Part shown: in pieces, positions 1-9,188 of the stretch
How positions within the stretch are numbered: the first letter of the stretch is position 1
Layout: each line of letters starts with the position of its first letter
NCBI GenBank assembly: GCA_964633715.1
Contig: CAZWHQ010000007.1
Span: 20,914 to 84,913, forward strand
From: an uncultured Eubacteriales bacterium
Lineage (GTDB): Bacteria; Acidobacteriota; Aminicenantia; Aminicenantales; Aminicenantaceae
Direction of reading: 5' to 3'
DNA length: 64,000 nt
Made by a program: the position numbers and the translations under genes
The notes under the pieces: generated by a model
Told to the model about the DNA's origin: nothing
Seen by the model: only the letters and a program-made list of their open reading frames with translations
Database searches by the model: none

Positions 1-395
1 ATCTTAAAACCGCAGCATTCGGGGCATCTGAAGCGCTCACCTCCACAGCCCTTACAGCCGCAGCCTTTGATTCCGTGATCCCGTTTGGAGGTTACATCAT
101 CGCCGTCAGCTCCTTTCTTTTCGGCTACTCCACACTTCTCGGATGGTGTTATTACGGCGAAAAATGCCTGGAATATATCTTTGGGGTTAAAATCATCTAT
201 CCCTTTCGTATCGCGTTTATCTCCCTGCTTTTTATTGGAGCCAACGTCCAAGGCGTGCACCTAAATATCATCTGGAATCTCGGTGACATGGCCAACGCCT
301 TTATGGCCTTCCCCAATCTTGTTTCCCTGCTCATTTTAAGTGGTATGCTGAGCAAAATAACGAAAGACTATTTTTTCAAGAAGAAAAAAAAATAG
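1..395 (+). CDS. Alanine/glycine:cation symporter family protein (AgcS/AlsT-like), C-terminal part; 5' end outside window
   Basis: Frame open from position 3. C-terminal motifs FGYSTLLGWCYYGEKC and IWNLGDMANAFMAFPNL are typical of the family. Confidence 0.85.
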   Translation, partial: LKTAAFGASEALTSTALTAAAFDSVIPFGGYIIAVSSFLFGYSTLLGWCYYGEKCLEYIFGVKIIYPFRIAFISLLFIGANVQGVHLNIIWNLGDMANAFMAFPNLVSLLILSGMLSKITKDYFFKKKKK

Positions 396-412
396 ATCCG
401 TGAGCCCGGCGC

Positions 413-1369
413 ATGCCAAAGCGAAATAATTTATTTATTTTCGTTCTGAAATTCATCTTCAGCTTATCCATCATCGTTTTTATTTTGGTGAAAAAGACAC
501 CTATAAGGGATATCGGTGAGTCCATAAGAGGTGCCAGCCTCTTTTGGATTTGTTTATCTTTTTCGCTTCATTCTTTAGGACTTTTGATCAGCGCCTACCG
601 ATGGCAGATTCTCATTCATGCTCAAAACGATCACGTTCCTCTAGGATTCCTGGCCAAGTCCTATCTCGTCGGAAATTTTTTTAACCTCTTCCTGCCAACA
701 AGATTTGGTGGGGATGTCGTCCGGATTTTGGATGGATCCAAGCATTCCAAATCTGTGCTCAAGTCAACAGCGATAGTTTTTGTGGAAAGATTATCCGGAA
801 TTTTCGTTCTTCTCCTATTTGCCCTTTTGGCCTCCCTTTTCCGCTTGGACATCGCTCAGCGGCTGCCTGTTATTTGGATATCTCTGGGTGTCGGCTTCTT
901 AGGGCTCTCGGCCATCCTGTTTTTTTTCCTTCCTATTTCTAAAATCCTTTTAAACATAATTCCTAAAAAAGGCATTATCGGAAAATTAAGACAAAAAATT
1001 TATGCATTTAGAGAGATCGTTTTCGTTTATAAGGAAAAAAGGGGAGCTTTGCTGAAAGCGCTTTTTTGGGCATTTTGTCTTCAGATCAATGTGATCCTTC
1101 ATTACTATTTTGTGGGCAAAGCTCTTCATATCGATATCTCTTTCATTGACTATTTCATCTTCATCCCCATCGTCCTCATCATCTTGACAATCCCCATCAC
1201 CATCAATGGATTGGGATTACGGGAAGCATTGTACATGACAATTTTTGCATCCTATGGCATCTCCAGTTCTGCTGCGGTTTCTTTCTCTTTAATCGCTGAT
1301 ATTGTCTTTGCAGTGATTATCGGTGTTTTTGGAGGAATTTTATATATTTTTCGCAAGCAAAAAAAATGA
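413..1369 (+). CDS. Lysylphosphatidylglycerol synthase TM region / flippase-like (UPF0104) membrane protein
   Basis: Polytopic. Motifs AYRWQILI, GNFFNLFLPTRFGGDVVR, VERLSG and IPITINGLGLRE. Confidence 0.8.
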   Translation: MPKRNNLFIFVLKFIFSLSIIVFILVKKTPIRDIGESIRGASLFWICLSFSLHSLGLLISAYRWQILIHAQNDHVPLGFLAKSYLVGNFFNLFLPTRFGGDVVRILDGSKHSKSVLKSTAIVFVERLSGIFVLLLFALLASLFRLDIAQRLPVIWISLGVGFLGLSAILFFFLPISKILLNIIPKKGIIGKLRQKIYAFREIVFVYKEKRGALLKALFWAFCLQINVILHYYFVGKALHIDISFIDYFIFIPIVLIILTIPITINGLGLREALYMTIFASYGISSSAAVSFSLIADIVFAVIIGVFGGILYIFRKQKK

Positions 1370-2553
1370 GACTTCTTACTTGCCGGTTGAAGGCCCATTC
1401 ATGGATGCTGTTTGTTGTCTTCATCCTTTCCTCTTTTTTATCTGTCTCTGCCAATATTTTCAGCCAGGAGGAGATATCTGTTTACAAAGAACGCCTGGAA
1501 AAACTCCAGAAGGAAAGAGCCCGGCTTCAGCAAAATATAAAAGATTTGGATAAGAAAAGGACGTCCATCCTTTCACAGCTCGACCAGATTGGCCTTGAAA
1601 AGAACCTGATTCAAAATGACATAAAAAGATATACCCTCCAAATGGAAAAAGCCAACCAAGAACTCTCTGCTGTCCAGAAAAAAATCCCTCCCTTAAAAGC
1701 AAGATTGGAAAAAGAAAAGGAATCGGTCTCTCAGGTCTTAGTGACACTCTACAAATTTGGTGATATGAGCTACCTTGATTTTCTATTCCAGGCGGCAGAT
1801 GTGACCGACCTCATGTCAGAAAGCAAACACCTTTCTCTCCTCGCCCAATATCAAGAGAACATCATTCTATCATTTAAACAAACCCTAAACGAACTTAAAG
1901 AAGCCCAAGAGCGAATCGAGGAAAAAAAACAAGAAATATCAGGCCTTCTTTCCCAATCCCAAACAAAAAAGATGGATTTAGAAAGTCAGGAAAGAAAAAA
2001 CAGGGCACTTATTCAAAGAATCAATCAAGACAAGAAAACACATTTAAAAACTCTGGATGAGCTCAAGATCAGAGCCGAACAATTCCAAAAACTCATAAAT
2101 CAATTGATCAGAGAAAAAACATCCCTTCCCTTCACAGTCATTCCTCTCTATGAGAAAAAAGGTTCGCTTCAATGGCCTGTCCAGGGAAAAGTTGTCACGA
2201 CCTTTGGAATTGAGCAACACCCAACGTTTAAAACCAAAACCGAAAATAACGGTATCGAGATTTCCACTGAAAAAAATTCAACAATTTCAGCCATCCATCC
2301 CGGGAAAGTGGTCTATGCAGACTATTTTCAAGGTTTTTATGGAAATTTGATTATTTTAGATCATGGTTTGTCCTATTATTCCATGTACGGGCACTGTTCA
2401 GATTTTAAGGTCCAAAAAGGAGATATTGTCAGGGCCGGCCAACCTATTGCTGTTGTTGGAGACACGGGATCTCTCAAAGGGATAGCGTTGTATTTCCAGA
2501 TCAACTTTAAGACCGATCCCCTGAATCCCTTGCAATGGTTGAGAGGAAGATGA
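1366..2553 (+). CDS. envC: Murein hydrolase activator EnvC (coiled coil + degenerate LytM/M23 domain)
   Basis: Signal peptide, long coiled coil, and a C-terminal M23 fold (WPVQGKVV...NNGIEI...YGNLIILDHG...LYFQI) lacking the Zn ligands, as in EnvC. Confidence 0.85.
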   Translation: MRLLTCRLKAHSWMLFVVFILSSFLSVSANIFSQEEISVYKERLEKLQKERARLQQNIKDLDKKRTSILSQLDQIGLEKNLIQNDIKRYTLQMEKANQELSAVQKKIPPLKARLEKEKESVSQVLVTLYKFGDMSYLDFLFQAADVTDLMSESKHLSLLAQYQENIILSFKQTLNELKEAQERIEEKKQEISGLLSQSQTKKMDLESQERKNRALIQRINQDKKTHLKTLDELKIRAEQFQKLINQLIREKTSLPFTVIPLYEKKGSLQWPVQGKVVTTFGIEQHPTFKTKTENNGIEISTEKNSTISAIHPGKVVYADYFQGFYGNLIILDHGLSYYSMYGHCSDFKVQKGDIVRAGQPIAVVGDTGSLKGIALYFQINFKTDPLNPLQWLRGR

Positions 2554-2580
2554 TACAATTTAACGTCCGTTTAACAGAAA

Positions 2581-3723
2581 ATGAGACAAAAAACCGTTAG
2601 ATATACACTGATCATCTTGCTGGCCAGCGTGTCTCTTTTTTTCCTTTTTGAAAATGATATCCTACCTGGATTATCGATCCAGAAGCCTAGAAAGGGCATC
2701 CTCTGGATCGTCCAGCAAGTTGTCAGGCATATAAAAGATGATTATGTGGATGAAGCTGATCCCTCCAGGACAATGGAAGGGGCCTTCAAGGGAATGGTCA
2801 ATTCACTCGATGAATTCTCCAGCTATCTCACAAAAGATGCCGTTTCCAAACACCAGCAAATAGAAGATGGGGACCTGAATGATATTGGAATTATTTTGTA
2901 CAAAAAATACAGGACATTTCCTGTGGTGATGGGTGTGCTTGAAAATTCTCCCGCAGAAAAAAAGGGGATACAAATAGGAGACACCGTCAGCGCTCTTGAT
3001 GGTCAATCAACACTGCCCATGAGCATGTATGAAGCCAATCTCTTTCTCAAGGACACCACCAACAATCCCATCCACATCAGAATCCTGCGCGCGAATGAAA
3101 ACAAAGAGATAGAGGTCCCGCGAGCAAAGCTTTGGGAAAAACCCTGTGTCTATAAACAAGCGGAAGGAACCAGCGGAATTTTAAGCATTTTTTGCTTGAA
3201 TTCAGCCTGTATCCAGGAGATCAAGGCCTCCATTCTTTCCCAGCTGAAAACTTCGAATTCGCCCTTAATCATCGATTTGAGAAATTGTCATCAAGGAAAT
3301 TTCGAAAACATGATGAAGTTTGTCAATCTATTTCTCCAGTCAAAAAATATCGGGTATTTTGAAGACAACAGAGGAAAAAAAGAAATTCTCTCCACTCCCT
3401 CTGAACCCGAATTGGCTCATCTACCTCTTCTCATTTGGACTAACCAAGCGACTTTAGGTCCTGCCGAGGCCGCGGCCGCAATCCTTAAGGAACATAAGCA
3501 GGCTAAAATCATCGGATATCAGACACCAGGCCTGGTCGCTAAGCATAAATTTATACCATTAGAAGATGGAAGTGGTTTGTTGCTGACTGCATCTATCTTC
3601 CATCTTAACGCAACAACAAAAATTTGGGAAGAAGGCATCGAACCAGATGTAAAGCTGGAAGGAACAGACCAAAGTTCCGCAAAGTATCTCGAGCAGACAA
3701 AAAAAATTCTCTCTAACATCTGA
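2581..3723 (+). CDS. S41 (CtpA/Prc-like) PDZ-containing peptidase homolog, probably catalytically inactive
   Basis: N-terminal anchor, GMVNSLDEFSSY, PDZ (SPAEKKGIQIGD), IIDLRN and GIEPDV. The catalytic motifs read TLGPAE and TPGL instead of SASASE and TFGK. Confidence 0.8.
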   Translation: MRQKTVRYTLIILLASVSLFFLFENDILPGLSIQKPRKGILWIVQQVVRHIKDDYVDEADPSRTMEGAFKGMVNSLDEFSSYLTKDAVSKHQQIEDGDLNDIGIILYKKYRTFPVVMGVLENSPAEKKGIQIGDTVSALDGQSTLPMSMYEANLFLKDTTNNPIHIRILRANENKEIEVPRAKLWEKPCVYKQAEGTSGILSIFCLNSACIQEIKASILSQLKTSNSPLIIDLRNCHQGNFENMMKFVNLFLQSKNIGYFEDNRGKKEILSTPSEPELAHLPLLIWTNQATLGPAEAAAAILKEHKQAKIIGYQTPGLVAKHKFIPLEDGSGLLLTASIFHLNATTKIWEEGIEPDVKLEGTDQSSAKYLEQTKKILSNI

Positions 3724-3726
3724 TTT

Positions 3727-4893
3727 ATGCCGAGGACCGACTCCCCCACTCAACCTTCCAAGAAAATCTATATTATTCTCACCTTCAGTTTACTGTTTAT
3801 TGTTTTATGTTCCTCTCTCGGACTTGACTACATCAGCTGGAAAAGAGGGAATAAATCCTGCTTCTTCCATCCTTTGGGGACAACTCCTATTCAAAAAAAC
3901 GGTGAACTTCTGGATCAACTCATTCTCAACAGCTTAACCACTCTTGGCATTCAGGCAGATCCTAGAAACAGCCAAAAAGACAAAAGTGGAGGGATTCAAA
4001 TCCCGATTTCGATGGCGCCAACAGAATATGCAAATGTTGCCTTTCTGCTTGAAACGGAACTCCAAAAAGACCATATCCTTATAAATATCAGGACAACAAA
4101 ACAGGACAACTGTGACCTTATTCTCTGGGAACTGCAGGATGAAAAGGGAGAACAGAGAGCGTCAATTCTTTTCAAGTGTCCAAAAGAAAATAAGGCACTT
4201 CCTGAAGAGCCCAACCTCGTGCAGCCAAAAAACAGAGTGGCTCTTATTGTTGATGATATGGGCTACAGTTTGAAAACTTTAAGAGATGTTGTGGATCTGC
4301 ATCTATCCCTAACGATAGCCATATTACCCTACAGTCCCTGGGCTGCAGAAACAGCCCGTGTTGCTCAGCAAAATAATATGGAAGTGATTCTTCATCTCCC
4401 CCTCGAATCCTTAAACGATTTTGAATCAAATGCTTCAACGGAAGGCCTCATCCATTCCCGAATGTCCGAGAATGATGTTCTGGAAACTCTGGAAGCGAAT
4501 CTCTCACAGATCCCATTCATCCGCGGCGTCAATAACCATATGGGCTCAAAAATCACGGCGGAAAAGGAAATAATGTCGCTTATCCTTGCACGGTTGAAGG
4601 AAGACAAGCTCTATTTTATTGACAGCGTAACATCCGGAAGCTCCATCGCTTTTAAACTCGCAAGAGAAATGGGCGTTTTGTCAGCCTTTCGTCATGTCTT
4701 TCTCGATTCCGAAAGGGAGGAGGAAGTTATCCGGAAGCAACTTTTACGGCTCCTTCACTTGGCTCAAACACAGGGAATGGCCGTAGGTATATGCCATCCC
4801 TATGAGTCCACTCTTAAAGTGCTTTCTGACAATTTAACACTCTTTGAAGAGTACAATTGTGAAACAGTCTTCGCCTCAGAAATCGTAAAATAG
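3727..4893 (+). CDS. Divergent polysaccharide deacetylase family protein (YibQ/DUF610-like) with N-terminal TM and extension
   Basis: Motifs ALIVDDMG, LHLPLE, GVNNHMGS, FIDSVT, RHVFLD and GICHP; conserved envC-S41-yibQ gene order. Confidence 0.85.
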   Translation: MPRTDSPTQPSKKIYIILTFSLLFIVLCSSLGLDYISWKRGNKSCFFHPLGTTPIQKNGELLDQLILNSLTTLGIQADPRNSQKDKSGGIQIPISMAPTEYANVAFLLETELQKDHILINIRTTKQDNCDLILWELQDEKGEQRASILFKCPKENKALPEEPNLVQPKNRVALIVDDMGYSLKTLRDVVDLHLSLTIAILPYSPWAAETARVAQQNNMEVILHLPLESLNDFESNASTEGLIHSRMSENDVLETLEANLSQIPFIRGVNNHMGSKITAEKEIMSLILARLKEDKLYFIDSVTSGSSIAFKLAREMGVLSAFRHVFLDSEREEEVIRKQLLRLLHLAQTQGMAVGICHPYESTLKVLSDNLTLFEEYNCETVFASEIVK

Positions 4894-4959
4894 CTTTTAG
4901 AAAGGACCTCCCTCAAGTTATTTTTAAGGGGAAAGAGGACGTTACAATAGAAAATTAAG

Positions 4960-5874
4960 TTAGGGGATAACCGAAAATTTGTCTATAAGATAAAAGCTGG
5001 CGAAACAAAAGATTAGCAGAACGAAAACAAATGCAATTGACAACGTTAAGGACTTTTTTACTTTGTTTTGGATAGCTCGGGCCAGGTTCCAAATGGCGAA
5101 TATCTCCAGGGCAAAAGGAAGAAATCCCAGATATCCAAAAATTGGCATCTGAAAAACACGCCAAAAATTGAGATAGGGCAGGGAGTATTCCCAATGAGAG
5201 CCTGCCCAGAAATTCCAAAATTCCCAAAGGAATCCTGCACTCAGTCCGGAAAAAATGCAGGACCAGAAGATTCCCCAGTTGTTCTTTTCAAAATCAGCCA
5301 ACAGAGTGACCACCTTTAGTCGATAGTTTATGGGCTCAATAAAAAAATAAAGACCTAACCAGACAAGAGGAAAACAAAGGTTTGGCCATACAAGGGCCCC
5401 TCCAATGCTTAAGATTCCAAAAAAAACACTCCCAGAAAGCATAATTTGAGTTGGCCGCATCTGTAATATTTTGAGCGCTCTTAGCCTTAAAATTCTTTGG
5501 AATAACAAAGATAGCTCTATTAAAGCAGGAATAACCGTGGCAAAAGCAAGAAAATATCCCGCCCAACGTGAAAGAATATTTTGAGGGAGATTTAAATAAG
5601 ACCAGTTCCTTAGCCTCAAGTTAAACAGCTCAAAAATCAACCAAGTACAGACAGAAATAAATCCCATGAACAAAAATTTAGACACACCTTCCGAAAGTGG
5701 AGAAATTCCTCTGAGCCGAAAATTGATACTATCAATTATGAGGATAAACGACCACCAAGCAAAGATGTAATACCATGTTTTCATGAAAGGATTGTTGAAC
5801 AAAAGGAAAAGACTGGACACAAAAAACAAAAGGATACCAAAATAGAGATTTCCGCGTAAAATTTTTCCCTTCAT
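4960..5874 (-). CDS. Conserved hypothetical polytopic membrane protein
   Basis: 304 aa, Trp/Phe-rich, about 8-9 hydrophobic segments, two copies of an E-x2-N-x5/6-W-x-Y-x2/3-P motif. Confidence 0.7.
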   Translation of the reverse strand: MKGKILRGNLYFGILLFFVSSLFLLFNNPFMKTWYYIFAWWSFILIIDSINFRLRGISPLSEGVSKFLFMGFISVCTWLIFELFNLRLRNWSYLNLPQNILSRWAGYFLAFATVIPALIELSLLFQRILRLRALKILQMRPTQIMLSGSVFFGILSIGGALVWPNLCFPLVWLGLYFFIEPINYRLKVVTLLADFEKNNWGIFWSCIFSGLSAGFLWEFWNFWAGSHWEYSLPYLNFWRVFQMPIFGYLGFLPFALEIFAIWNLARAIQNKVKKSLTLSIAFVFVLLIFCFASFYLIDKFSVIP

Positions 5875-5961
5875 GATTTTAAGTTAATCAAATTGAAGCA
5901 AAAATGCAAAATTATCTGTTCTAAACACTTTCTCGCTTCCAAACGTTTAAAGATAAAGGAA

Positions 5962-5977
5962 GGCATTCATGGTGCCA
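5962..5977 (-). promoter_or_regulatory. Candidate sigma-54 (-24/-12) promoter facing the 4960..5874 membrane protein gene
   Basis: Minus strand reads TGGCACCATGAATGCC, with 10 nt between GG and GC as in the TGGCAC-N5-TTGC consensus (one mismatch, ATGC). rpoN is in the window. Confidence 0.35.
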
Positions 5978-5985
5978 ATTTTTGA

Positions 5986-6014
5986 TTGCATAATAGACGG
6001 CTATCAACTATATT
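5986..6014 (+). promoter_or_regulatory. Candidate sigma-70 promoter for the lipoprotein-pdaD unit
   Basis: TTGCAT-17 bp-TATATT upstream of an AGGAGG SD and ATG 6043. Confidence 0.45.
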
Positions 6015-6042
6015 TAGATTTAGCCTGATACAAGGAGGAAAG

Positions 6043-6615
6043 ATGAAAAGATTTGGTGTCCTTTTAATTTTTGCTGTCATCGCACTCCTCATGACATCCT
6101 CGTTTTCATGCAAACCAGGGATAAAAAAAGCACTCGCACTTGAAGAGCTTAAGTCATCTATCGAAGTTTTGGATGTGGAGACAAAATGGGTTGATAAATA
6201 TTATCAGCCCTGGCCGCCAAAACTCACAATCGTTCCAACCATTTCCTTTCGAGTAAAAAATCTTTCTGAAAAACCATTGAAGTTCGTGTACTTCAACGCG
6301 ATTTTTCGTCTCAAGGATGAACAGGAAATTTCGGGAGATGCTTTTTTGGCTGCCATCCGGAATGTTCCTGTCGAACCAGGAGAAAAAAGCGATACAATTT
6401 TTCTTAAAAGTAATTATGGAGTGAAGGGAAAGAGTTTAGCTTCGTTTGAAGACAATCCCTTCTGGAAGACCGTTATGGTCAAATTATTCGTCAAGTTTAA
6501 GGGTTCAAATTATATCCCTTTTGGAGAATGGGAAATTTCCCGTAAAATTGATTTTAAAGAGCCCGAACCTGTCGGCGAAAAAAAAACAGAGATAAAGAAG
6601 GATAATTTAAAATAG
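6043..6615 (+). CDS. Hypothetical lipoprotein
   Basis: Start moved to ATG 6043 (AAGGAGG SD). Signal peptide MKRFGVLLIFAVIALLMTSSFSC ends in a lipobox-like Cys; the body is beta-rich. Confidence 0.7.
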   Translation: MKRFGVLLIFAVIALLMTSSFSCKPGIKKALALEELKSSIEVLDVETKWVDKYYQPWPPKLTIVPTISFRVKNLSEKPLKFVYFNAIFRLKDEQEISGDAFLAAIRNVPVEPGEKSDTIFLKSNYGVKGKSLASFEDNPFWKTVMVKLFVKFKGSNYIPFGEWEISRKIDFKEPEPVGEKKTEIKKDNLK

Positions 6616-6634
6616 CACGACTTGAAAGGAATTC

Positions 6635-7186
6635 ATGAAAGGTTTTGTCCCCACAAAAATTTTTCTCACCAAAGGAGTGGGGCAACATAAAGAAAAACTG
6701 GCCAGTTTTGAGATGGCCTTAAGGCAGGCCGGTATCGCCCCATTCAACCTCGTCAAAATTTCCAGTATTTTCCCGCCGCACTGTAAACTTATCTCCAAAG
6801 AAGAGGGACTAAAATGCCTCGAACCAGGTCAAATTGTATTCCTTATTATGAGTGAAAATGCCACGGATGAACCTCAGAGAGTCCTCTCTGCGTCTGTAGG
6901 TTTAGCCATCCCAAACAATCCCGTCCACTATGGTTACCTGTCAGAACACCACAGCTTCGGTCAGAATAAAGAAGAAGCAGGTCAATATGCGGAAGATCTC
7001 GCAGCCTATATGTTGGCTACGACACTCGGTAAAAACTTCGACCTAGATGAGATCTGGAATGAAGACAAAAGTTTTTACCAGATATCCGAAAATATCATTG
7101 TCAAAACAGACAATATCACTCAAAACGCTATTGGGAAGAAGGGCGTCTGGACCACTGCTTTTGCCGCAGCCATCTGCCTTCCGTAA
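6635..7186 (+). CDS. pdaD: Pyruvoyl-dependent arginine decarboxylase
   Basis: Family motifs ASFEMALRQAGIAPFNLVKISSIFPP (Ser-Ser self-cleavage site), GYLSEH and AEDLAAYML. Confidence 0.9.
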   Translation: MKGFVPTKIFLTKGVGQHKEKLASFEMALRQAGIAPFNLVKISSIFPPHCKLISKEEGLKCLEPGQIVFLIMSENATDEPQRVLSASVGLAIPNNPVHYGYLSEHHSFGQNKEEAGQYAEDLAAYMLATTLGKNFDLDEIWNEDKSFYQISENIIVKTDNITQNAIGKKGVWTTAFAAAICLP

Positions 7187-7213
7187 AGACCTTACCAGCA
7201 ACAAGTTGAAAAT

Positions 7214-8191
7214 CTATTTGTATTCTAATGGATCTGGGATGAGGATTTTGATAAAGCTCCGGCTCCTGAGCTCTTCAAGATATTTCTGGATCCCTGCTGC
7301 ACTTTTCTGGTTAAAAAGCACGGTCTCTATTTCATCTCGGACTTCATCAAATGCCTTGATCCGGCTTTCTATTTTGTCTTCAAGGCGCAGCAAATACCAG
7401 CCGTTTGGCATCTCGATCCAGCTCGACAGTTCTCCTTTTTGTAGTCCTTCAACAGCCTGCTCCATGTTAGGAAGCATCTGTCCTTTAATAAAGCTCCCCA
7501 AATCCCCTTGGGCATCCTTTTCCGGTCCTTCTCCATACTGAGCTGCAAGAATCGACATGTCTTCTCCCGCAGCCATCTGTTCATCAATCTCCTCTTTCTT
7601 GGATTGAACATCTTCTTCACTCTTCCCATCAGAAGAAATATATATGGCTTTTAACGTATATTCTTCAGGCTCTCTATAGTCTTCGAGATGCGTATTGTAA
7701 TATTCTATGAGTTCAGCATCATCCACAACAATACTGCGCCCCACTTCGGCACCGAAGACAAATTGTTGAAGAATTCCGGTTTCGAGATTTTGCAGCCAGT
7801 CTTCGAATTTGATGTTCTCACGACTCAGCGCCTCGATGAGTTGCTCTCTGGTCTTGAATTGATTTTGTTCCATAATAAGATCTATCTGTGCGTTGATCTG
7901 CTCTGTGGCGTCGTACCCCTTTCTCCTTGCCTCTTGTAAAATAAGGAGTTCAGTGATCATGTCATCCATTAAACGTTCTTTTAAGGCCTCATACTGTTTG
8001 GTAAATTCTTCCCCCTGAAATTGGGTCCTTAACAACTGATAGAAGTTATCGTGTCTTTCTTTGTAATCTGAAAGAGAAATGAACTCATCATTCACGACTG
8101 CAACAATGGCTTCCACCACTTCTTGAGCAGCGAGAATAGCCGCGGTGTACAAAACCGCCAAGCAAACTAGAAATATTTTTGTCTTATTCAT
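7214..8191 (-). CDS. SurA-like periplasmic chaperone / PpiC-type peptidyl-prolyl isomerase
   Basis: Signal peptide, SurA N-domain (IVAVVNDEFI), rotamase motif GDLGSF...GELS...GWYLLRL; lies downstream of mfd. Confidence 0.85.
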   Translation of the reverse strand: MNKTKIFLVCLAVLYTAAILAAQEVVEAIVAVVNDEFISLSDYKERHDNFYQLLRTQFQGEEFTKQYEALKERLMDDMITELLILQEARRKGYDATEQINAQIDLIMEQNQFKTREQLIEALSRENIKFEDWLQNLETGILQQFVFGAEVGRSIVVDDAELIEYYNTHLEDYREPEEYTLKAIYISSDGKSEEDVQSKKEEIDEQMAAGEDMSILAAQYGEGPEKDAQGDLGSFIKGQMLPNMEQAVEGLQKGELSSWIEMPNGWYLLRLEDKIESRIKAFDEVRDEIETVLFNQKSAAGIQKYLEELRSRSFIKILIPDPLEYK

Positions 8192-9170
8192 TTGAATTCC
8201 TCTGGTAGGGGAAGGATAAATTTTTGGGAAAGAATTCCCAGTCCATGGTCTCTTTCAATTCAACCAAATGTTGGGCAACCGTTTGTTTGATCTTTTGGTC
8301 CAAAATTTTTAAACGAATATCTGAAGAGATTTTCTCTAGCACCTCAAGTTCAGATTCCATTTTTTTATCTAAACGGAAGATATGGAATCCGTATGCCGAT
8401 TCCACAACCTGACTGATTTCTCCCTCTTTTAATGAAAAAATGACCTTTTCCATTTCAGCTGGAAGCTGATTGAGCTCAAAAACTCCCAGATGGCCACTTT
8501 TGGACGCCTCAACTCCCAATGAAACCTCTTTAGCCATCTGCTGGAAAACACCTTCGGTAGAACCCTTCACACTATCAAAAATCTCTATGGCTTTTTCTTC
8601 GGTGTCCAGGAGAATCTGACTGACAGACACCCTGTCCGGCCGTAAAAATTCTCGTTTATTCTTTTCATAGTAAGCACTGATCTCATCAGGATTTACATCA
8701 ATATTTTTAACTATTTCGTATATGTATTTCTCAACCAAGAGCCGCTCAAGAAGAGATTGCGTTTCCATCTCATCGAGAGGGCTATCCTTTCCATCAGGGA
8801 AAGAGTCGTTTGAGGCCTTTGATAGATACTCTTTCTGTTCCTGCCAAGATACGGACAAATCACTATTTCTAGCTGCCGTTAAAAGCATTTTATCTTCAAT
8901 AAAACTGTCGATCAGCCTGCTGAGAGAGACCATATCAAATGTCTTAAATTCATCTCCCACAATGAGCTGGAGATTCTTTTCGAAATCCGCATTAAAATAA
9001 TAGACATCCTGTACTCTAAGGATGATATGAATCCTCTTCTCTGGATCACTGAGGTCAAAAGTCTGGGATACATCTGATGGGGAAGGATCACTGCAATGGG
9101 CAAAAAAAGCCAGAGCGGCAGACAGGGACACCAGTGCCAAAACACTCCTGTACAATTTTTCCATCTTCAT
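8184..9170 (-). CDS. PpiC-type peptidyl-prolyl isomerase, probable lipoprotein
   Basis: Lipobox-like FAHC; rotamase domain VSQILL...SGHLGVF...GEISQVVESAYGFHIFRL. Confidence 0.85.
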   Translation of the reverse strand: MKMEKLYRSVLALVSLSAALAFFAHCSDPSPSDVSQTFDLSDPEKRIHIILRVQDVYYFNADFEKNLQLIVGDEFKTFDMVSLSRLIDSFIEDKMLLTAARNSDLSVSWQEQKEYLSKASNDSFPDGKDSPLDEMETQSLLERLLVEKYIYEIVKNIDVNPDEISAYYEKNKREFLRPDRVSVSQILLDTEEKAIEIFDSVKGSTEGVFQQMAKEVSLGVEASKSGHLGVFELNQLPAEMEKVIFSLKEGEISQVVESAYGFHIFRLDKKMESELEVLEKISSDIRLKILDQKIKQTVAQHLVELKETMDWEFFPKNLSFPYQRNSNE

Positions 9171-9188
9171 TCACGCCAGCTCATTATA

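Noticed and set aside
2150-2553. Missing Zn ligands in the M23 domain of the 1366..2553 protein
   Set aside because: Expected: a degenerate LytM domain is the defining feature of EnvC.
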